A stretch of DNA of 64,000 nucleotides from Agathobacter rectalis (GTDB lineage: Bacteria; Bacillota; Clostridia; Oscillospirales; Acutalibacteraceae), in assembly GCA_963638105.1 (NCBI GenBank), contig CAVHPP010000009.1, forward strand, positions 351-64,350, read 5' to 3'. The position numbers were made by a program, and so were the translations under genes. Position 1 is the stretch's first letter; each line of letters opens with the position of its first letter. The notes under the pieces were generated by a model that was given only the letters and a program-made list of their open reading frames with translations, had not been told where the DNA came from and made no database searches. Below, in pieces: positions 58,526 through 64,000 of the stretch.

Positions 58526-59436
58526 ACCTGCGTGTGAATTTGTGCGGGTTGGAGATGGATAACCCGGTGGTTCCTGCCTCCGGCACCTTCGGCTTTGGCA
58601 AGGAATTCAGCGAATTTTATGATATTAACATGTTAGGCTCTTTCTCCTTTAAGGGCACCACGCGGGACGCCCGGTTTGGCAATCCCACTCCCCGCATTGC
58701 AGAGTGCACCGCCGGCATGATCAATGCCGTCGGACTGCAAAATCCCGGAGTGCACCATGTGATCCAGCATGAACTGCCGGAGCTGAAAAAAATCTTCCAC
58801 AAGCCGGTGATCGCCAATGTAAGCGGCTTTTCCGTGGAGGACTATGCTTATACCTGCCAGCTGCTGGACAAAGAGGAGCAGGTGGGGATTTTGGAAGTGA
58901 ATGTATCCTGCCCCAATGTGCACGGCGGCGGTATGAGCTTTGGCACCGACCCGGCCTGCGCCGCAGAAGTGACTCGGGCGGTAAAGGCAGTGACCACCAA
59001 GCCGGTGTTCATTAAGCTGTCGCCCAATGTAACGGATATTGTCGCCATTGCCAAGGCTTGTGAAGAAGCCGGGGCGGATGGTATTTGTCTGATCAACACC
59101 CTGCTGGGTATGCGCATTGATCTCCATCGGCGTCGACCGGTGATTGCCAACACCATGGGCGGCTTTAGCGGCCCGGCGGTGTTTCCGGTGGCGGTGCGTA
59201 TGGTGTATCAGGTGGCCGGTGCCTGCAACATTCCCGTGATGGGCTGCGGCGGCGTTACCAGTGCCCGGGATGTGGTGGAGATGATGATGGCCGGTGCCAC
59301 GGCTGTGCAGGTAGGCGCTGCCAATTTGGTAGACCCCTACGCTTGCAAAAAAATTATTGAGGATCTGCCAACTGTGTGCGCAGACCTGGGGATTGATAAA
59401 TTAAGTGATGTGATAGGAGTGGTAAATAATGGGTAA
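58519..59436 (+). CDS. pyrD: dihydroorotate dehydrogenase B catalytic subunit
   Basis: [23 protein letters not shown]-like GGFSGPAV. Confidence 0.95.
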   Translation: MVDLRVNLCGLEMDNPVVPASGTFGFGKEFSEFYDINMLGSFSFKGTTRDARFGNPTPRIAECTAGMINAVGLQNPGVHHVIQHELPELKKIFHKPVIANVSGFSVEDYAYTCQLLDKEEQVGILEVNVSCPNVHGGGMSFGTDPACAAEVTRAVKAVTTKPVFIKLSPNVTDIVAIAKACEEAGADGICLINTLLGMRIDLHRRRPVIANTMGGFSGPAVFPVAVRMVYQVAGACNIPVMGCGGVTSARDVVEMMMAGATAVQVGAANLVDPYACKKIIEDLPTVCADLGIDKLSDVIGVVNNG

Positions 59437-60127
59437 AGATGTGATTGTGGCTTGCGATTTTGCAAGCGCAGAGGCAACCTTTGCATTTCTGGACAAATTC
59501 ACGGAGGAAAAACCCTTTGTAAAGATCGGTATGGAGCTGTATTACGCAGAGGGTCCGTCCATTGTGCGGGAGCTGAAAAAGCGCGGACACAAGATCTTTT
59601 TGGATCTGAAACTGCACGATATTCCCAATACGGTAAAGAAGTCCATGGCGGTGCTCAGCCGACTGGATGTGGATATGACCAATGTGCATGCTGCCGGTAC
59701 GGTAGAGATGATGGAGGCCGCGCTGGAGGGCCTGACCCGGCCGGACGGCACGCGTCCGCTGCTGATCGCCGTGACCCAGCTGACCTCCACCAGTGAGGAG
59801 CGCATGCAAAAAGAACTGCTCATCAACGCGAATATCAACGACACCATTGTGCAGTACGCCAAGAACGCCAAGACCGCCGGTCTGGACGGCGTGGTGTGCT
59901 CGCCGCTGGAGGCGGGCATGGTAAAGGAGGCCTGCGGCAAGGCCTTTATGACCGTGACCCCCGGCGTGCGCTTTGCAGACGGCGACCTGGGCGACCAGGT
60001 GCGGGTAACCACCCCTGCCAAGGCTAAAGAGATCGGTTCCGACTACATTGTGGTGGGCCGTCCCATTACCGCTGCCGATGACCCGGTGGCTGCGTACAGA
60101 CGCTGCTGCCGTGAATTTATAGATTAA
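59429..60127 (+). CDS. pyrF: orotidine 5'-phosphate decarboxylase
   Basis: The [16 protein letters not shown] and IVVGRPI motifs. Confidence 0.95.
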   Translation: MGKDVIVACDFASAEATFAFLDKFTEEKPFVKIGMELYYAEGPSIVRELKKRGHKIFLDLKLHDIPNTVKKSMAVLSRLDVDMTNVHAAGTVEMMEAALEGLTRPDGTRPLLIAVTQLTSTSEERMQKELLINANINDTIVQYAKNAKTAGLDGVVCSPLEAGMVKEACGKAFMTVTPGVRFADGDLGDQVRVTTPAKAKEIGSDYIVVGRPITAADDPVAAYRRCCREFID

Positions 60128-60138
60128 GGAGTGTTATT

Positions 60139-60780
60139 ATGACCATTACTAAGGAACAGATTGCAAAAGATTTGCTGTCCATTCGTGCTGTATTCTTAAA
60201 GCCGGACGATCCCTTTACCTGGGCTTCCGGTATTCACAGCCCCATTTACTGCGACAACCGGCTGACTCTGTCCGCTCCTGCGGTACGGAAAGATGTGGAG
60301 GCCGGACTGGCTGAGATTGTAAAAGAGAAGTTCCCGGAAGCGGAGATGCTGATGGGCACCTCCACGGCGGGTATTGCACACGCAGCCATTACCGCTACCA
60401 TTTTGGACCTGCCAATGGGTTATGTGCGCTCCGGTCATAAGGACCACGGCCGCCAAAACCAAATTGAGGGTAAAATGGAGCCGGGTACGAAGGTCGTGGT
60501 GATTGAGGATTTGATCTCCACCGGCGGCTCTGTGCTGGAAGTGGTGGATGTGCTGCGCCAGGCCGGTGCTCAGGTGCTGGGTATTGCCTCTATCTTCACC
60601 TACGGGCTGCAAAAGGGCGTGGAGCGCCTGGCTGCTGCCGATGTGGTGAATTACAGCCTGTCTGACTTTGATACCCTGTCCAAGGTGGCTGCCGCCGAGG
60701 GCTATATTGCAGACAAAGATATTGCCAAGCTGACCGCGTTCCAGAAGAACCCCCAGGACCCGGCTTGGATGGAACTGTAA
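60139..60780 (+). CDS. pyrE: orotate phosphoribosyltransferase
   Basis: PRPP-binding motif VVVIEDLISTGGS. F.W.SGI.SPIYCDNR. Confidence 0.95.
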   Translation: MTITKEQIAKDLLSIRAVFLKPDDPFTWASGIHSPIYCDNRLTLSAPAVRKDVEAGLAEIVKEKFPEAEMLMGTSTAGIAHAAITATILDLPMGYVRSGHKDHGRQNQIEGKMEPGTKVVVIEDLISTGGSVLEVVDVLRQAGAQVLGIASIFTYGLQKGVERLAAADVVNYSLSDFDTLSKVAAAEGYIADKDIAKLTAFQKNPQDPAWMEL

Positions 60781-60798
60781 GCAGAAGGAGTGATCTTT

Positions 60799-61725
60799 AT
60801 GCGCCATTGTTTAGATACAACGGACTTTACGGTAGAAGAGATCGACGATCTGATCCACTTGGCTACGGACATTATCGCCGACCCTAAGAAATACGCCCAT
60901 GTGTGCGACGGCAAAAAACTGGCAACCCTTTTTTTTGAGCCGTCTACCCGCACCCGCCTGTCTTTTGAAGCAGCGATGATGGAGCTGGGCGGCAATGTGC
61001 TGGGCTTTGCAGAGGCCAATTCTTCCTCTGCCTCCAAGGGCGAGACGGTAGGGGACACGGTGAAGATCGTGTCCTGCTATGCGGATATTATCGCTATGCG
61101 TCACCCGCTGGAGGGTGCGCCCCGGGTTGCCAGCTTTAAGAGCGATGTGCCCATTATCAACGCCGGGGACGGCGGCCACAGCCACCCCACCCAGACCTTA
61201 ACGGACCTGCTCACCATTTACCGGGAAAAGGGTCGTTTGGATCATTTGACCATCGGCCTGTGCGGGGATTTAAAGTTCGGCCGCACGGTGCATTCCCTCA
61301 TTAAGGCTATGTGCCGCTATACGGATGTGGAGTTTGTGCTGATCTCCCCAAAGGAGTTGGCAGTGCCGGATTATATCAAAACGGATGTGCTGGACGCTTC
61401 CGGTATGAAGTACACGGAGGTGGAGCACATGGAAGATGTGATGCCCCGGCTGGATGTGCTTTATATGACCCGTATTCAGAGAGAGCGCTTTTTCTCCGAG
61501 GATGAGTACCTGCGCCATAAGGATGCTTTTGTACTGGACCCGGAGAAGCTGGAAAGCGCCAAAAGCGACCTGACTATTATGCATCCGCTGCCCCGGGTCA
61601 ATGAGATCACCGTGGATGTGGACGACGACCCGCGAGCCAAGTATTTTGAACAGGCCAAGAACGGCAAATACATTCGTATGGCGCTGATTATGACGCTGCT
61701 GAAGTGGGGAGGTGCACTGGAATGA
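60799..61725 (+). CDS. pyrB: aspartate carbamoyltransferase catalytic subunit
   Basis: The [13 protein letters not shown] and HPLPR motifs. AAGGAG RBS. Confidence 0.95.
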   Translation: MRHCLDTTDFTVEEIDDLIHLATDIIADPKKYAHVCDGKKLATLFFEPSTRTRLSFEAAMMELGGNVLGFAEANSSSASKGETVGDTVKIVSCYADIIAMRHPLEGAPRVASFKSDVPIINAGDGGHSHPTQTLTDLLTIYREKGRLDHLTIGLCGDLKFGRTVHSLIKAMCRYTDVEFVLISPKELAVPDYIKTDVLDASGMKYTEVEHMEDVMPRLDVLYMTRIQRERFFSEDEYLRHKDAFVLDPEKLESAKSDLTIMHPLPRVNEITVDVDDDPRAKYFEQAKNGKYIRMALIMTLLKWGGALE

Positions 61726-62138
61726 CCATTGATTCGATCCAAAACGGCTATGTGCTGGACCATATCCCCGCGGGTATGGGTATGCGTATTTATAAGCTGT
61801 TGGGGCTGGACAAGACCGACGCCCAGGTGGCGCTGATCCAAAATGCCAAATCCTCTAAAATGGGTAAAAAAGATGTGCTTAAGATCGCCACGGACAAGTT
61901 TGACTTGAACTTGGACGCGGTGGCGTACCTGGCGCCCCATACCACCGTGAATGTGATTCGCGGCGGAAAAGCGGCGGAAAAGCAGGCGCTGCGTCTGCCG
62001 GAAAAGTTGGTGAATATGGTGCATTGCCCCAATCCGGCGTGTATCAGCAACCACGAGCATGTGGATGATGTGTTTACCTTAGTTGACCCGGACAAGGGCA
62101 CCTACCGCTGTCTGTACTGCGAGACCGCAGCCAAATAA
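61722..62138 (+). CDS. pyrI: aspartate carbamoyltransferase regulatory subunit
   Basis: I.NG.V.DHI N-terminus and C-terminal zinc Cys motifs (CPNPACIS ... CLYCE). ATGA overlap with pyrB. Confidence 0.93.
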   Translation: MTIDSIQNGYVLDHIPAGMGMRIYKLLGLDKTDAQVALIQNAKSSKMGKKDVLKIATDKFDLNLDAVAYLAPHTTVNVIRGGKAAEKQALRLPEKLVNMVHCPNPACISNHEHVDDVFTLVDPDKGTYRCLYCETAAK

Positions 62139-62155
62139 AGTTTGTATAAAGAAAG

Positions 62156-62187
62156 AGAGCCATCGGTAAAACCGATGGCTCTTTTTC
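62156..62187. terminator. bidirectional terminator between pyrI and the convergent flavoprotein gene
   Basis: Stem AGAGCCATCGG / CCGATGGCTCT flanked by an A-rich left side and TTTTT on the right. Confidence 0.85.
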
Positions 62188-62199
62188 TGTTCTTATAAA

Positions 62200-62835
62200 T
62201 CAGTCAATAAAGTTGGTGAGAATGGCTCGCTCCGTTTTGGGCGGCTCCACGCCAGCGGCGGCACCGGCGGCTTTGCACTTTAAGAAGTAAGCCATATTCC
62301 GCGCCAGTACCCGCATCACTTGCAGACCCTCCAGGTCTTTCATCACATCCTCCGGGGTAAAGCCGTGAACCATATTCCAGTACCGGGAGGAGATCACCGG
62401 CATTTGGGCAATGGTAAAGTACTTGTTCAGCTGGTCCAGGGTAGCGGTGGTGCCTGCCCGGCGGGCACTGGCTACTGCTGCTGCGGGCTTTAAGTAGAAT
62501 GCACGGCCTTTGCCGCAGCCGTCGGAATAGAATACCCGGTCCATAAAGGCGGTCATATTGCCTGTGGCCGCTGCGTAGTGTACCGGCGAGCCAAAGATGA
62601 AGCCGTCCGCAGCCTTTGCCTTGGCTGTAAAGGCGTTCACCGGATCGTCGTCAAAGGCACATTTACCCAGCTTTACACAGCCATGGCAACCGATGCAGCC
62701 GCCAATGGGCTTGTTTCCGATCCAAAAGATCTCGCTGTCAATGCCTTCTTCTTGCAGTGTATGGGCGATCTCCGCCAGGGCTGTGTAGGTGCAGCCGTGC
62801 TGGTGGGGAGAGCCGTTGACCAATAACACTTTCAT
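62200..62835 (-). CDS. flavodoxin-like fold NAD(P)H-dependent FMN reductase / iron-sulfur flavoprotein
   Basis: MKVLLVNGSP...G.T N-terminus, Cys cluster GGCIGCHGCVKLGKC, FGSPVHY. Confidence 0.8.
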   Translation of the reverse strand: MKVLLVNGSPHQHGCTYTALAEIAHTLQEEGIDSEIFWIGNKPIGGCIGCHGCVKLGKCAFDDDPVNAFTAKAKAADGFIFGSPVHYAAATGNMTAFMDRVFYSDGCGKGRAFYLKPAAAVASARRAGTTATLDQLNKYFTIAQMPVISSRYWNMVHGFTPEDVMKDLEGLQVMRVLARNMAYFLKCKAAGAAAGVEPPKTERAILTNFID

Positions 62836-62847
62836 CGCTGTGCCTCC

Positions 62848-64000
62848 TTATCGAATTCGGTCAATGACCGCTTGTGCGTTTTTGTAAATTTCATCTGTAT
62901 CTGTGTTTAAGAACCGGCCGTTTTCGTAGATAATTCGTCCGTCTACCATAGTCAGGCGTACATTGGTTTTGGCACCGCTGTACACCAAGTTTTTGGTGAT
63001 GTTGTTGATGGGCTGCATATTGGGCCGGTGCAGGTCAATCACCGTTAGGTCCGCCAGCTTCCCGGGGGCAATGCAGTCTGCCTCCGGCAGTCCCATACAC
63101 CTAGCGGAGCCTGCGGTAGCCGCTTTTAATATGGCGTTGGCGTCTGCTGCTGCGGCGTTTTTCTCCCGCAGCTTTTGCAGTACGCAGATCAGGTACATTT
63201 CCCGGAACATATCCAGTGCGTTGTTGCTGGAGGGACCGTCTGTGCCCACCGCCAGGGGAATGCCCTTTTGCAACATTTCTTCCACCGGGGCAATGCCGCT
63301 GGCCAGCTTGGCATTGGAGCCGGCATTCAGCACTGCGTAAACGCCGTGTTTTTTATAAATGTCCAGATCCGCATGGTTGACCCAAACACTGTGAAATGCA
63401 CCGCCACCGTAGTTCCACAGCCCCAGTTGCTCAAACAGCGCCGTAGGGGTCATGCCGTAGCGGCCAATGCAGTCCTGCACCTCGCTCTCCGTTTCGCTGG
63501 CGTGCATATATACCGGCGCCTTGTACTTCTCTGCCAGCGCCGCTATGGCCTCCATAATGGCGCGGTCGGTGGTGTACTCGGCGTGGAACCCCAGTTGGTA
63601 GGACACCAGCGGGTGGTAGTTGTTGTAGGTGTTGTAGTATTCTTCCAGTAGCGCCGGGCTTTCCTTAAAATTATTGACCGCACCGCACATCACCGTGCGG
63701 AACCCGGCGTCCACGGCCGCCTTTGCCATGGCCTCCGGAAAGTAGTACATATCAAAGCAGGCGGAAATGCCGCTTTCCAAATACTCCAGGAACGCCAGCC
63801 GGGACAGGTGATAAATATCCTCTGCGGTCAGCTTGGCTTCCAAAGGAAAGATCTTGTCATACAGCCAGCTTTGCAGGGGCAGATCGTCGCTAAAGGAGCG
63901 ACCAAAGGTCATAGCCGAGTGGGTGTGGGCGTTCTTAAAGGCCGGCATCAGCAGATCGCCGTTCAGGTCGATCTCCCGGTCCGCTTTAACCCCCGGGTTC
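62848..64000 (-). CDS. amidohydrolase (MtaD/SAH-MTA deaminase-like), 5' end outside the window
   Basis: The reading frame stays open to the window edge (..REIDLNGDLLMPAFKNAHTHSAMT carries the HxH metal motif). Later HASE and GTDG motifs. Confidence 0.8.
   Translation of the reverse strand, partial: NPGVKADREIDLNGDLLMPAFKNAHTHSAMTFGRSFSDDLPLQSWLYDKIFPLEAKLTAEDIYHLSRLAFLEYLESGISACFDMYYFPEAMAKAAVDAGFRTVMCGAVNNFKESPALLEEYYNTYNNYHPLVSYQLGFHAEYTTDRAIMEAIAALAEKYKAPVYMHASETESEVQDCIGRYGMTPTALFEQLGLWNYGGGAFHSVWVNHADLDIYKKHGVYAVLNAGSNAKLASGIAPVEEMLQKGIPLAVGTDGPSSNNALDMFREMYLICVLQKLREKNAAAADANAILKAATAGSARCMGLPEADCIAPGKLADLTVIDLHRPNMQPINNITKNLVYSGAKTNVRLTMVDGRIIYENGRFLNTDTDEIYKNAQAVIDRIR

Overview
This 64 kb window comes from a relatively GC-rich, spore-forming Firmicute. 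It is Clostridia-like, possibly Oscillospiraceae/Ruminococcaceae, judging by gene content and synteny only. About 60 protein genes are present, nearly all on the + strand, and most are housekeeping genes. From start to end the blocks are as follows. (1) recJ-relA-dtd, an MBL hydrolase and hemZ. (2) The conserved sporulation/division block: yabM-like flippase, mazG, hup, yabO, yabP, yabQ, divIC. (3) A fumarate hydratase alpha subunit, a THUMP RNA methyltransferase, a phosphohexomutase, a NifU-like protein and a cytoplasmic GH38 alpha-mannosidase. (4) cca and spoIIGA-sigE, followed by a free-standing 5S rRNA gene. (5) manA, an ABC-F ATPase, cmk-plsC and the clostridial IspH-S1 fusion. (6) trmK, nif3, rqcH and ispD-ispF. 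(7) CIRCE-controlled groES-groEL. (8) gdhA. (9) A complete nine-gene pyrimidine operon, pyrC-carAB-pyrKD-pyrF-pyrE-pyrBI. The only accessory-looking stretch is about 40.3-52.1 kb. It holds a 1429-aa secreted GH43-like/LamG multidomain protein, which is followed 12 nt later by an unlisted 47-codon ORF with RiPP-leader-like features. It also holds an LRR-FN3 surface protein whose 5' half is an AT-rich island, a DUF2974-type hydrolase with a Lys/Glu tail, and a TetR/unknown-protein/MFS cassette. I saw no CRISPR array, tRNA, transposase, integrase or recognisable defence genes. The best candidate for something undescribed is the giant-glycosidase-plus-micropeptide unit, and that call is speculative. 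All coordinates of small motifs were counted by eye. All family calls rest on motif recognition, not on searches.
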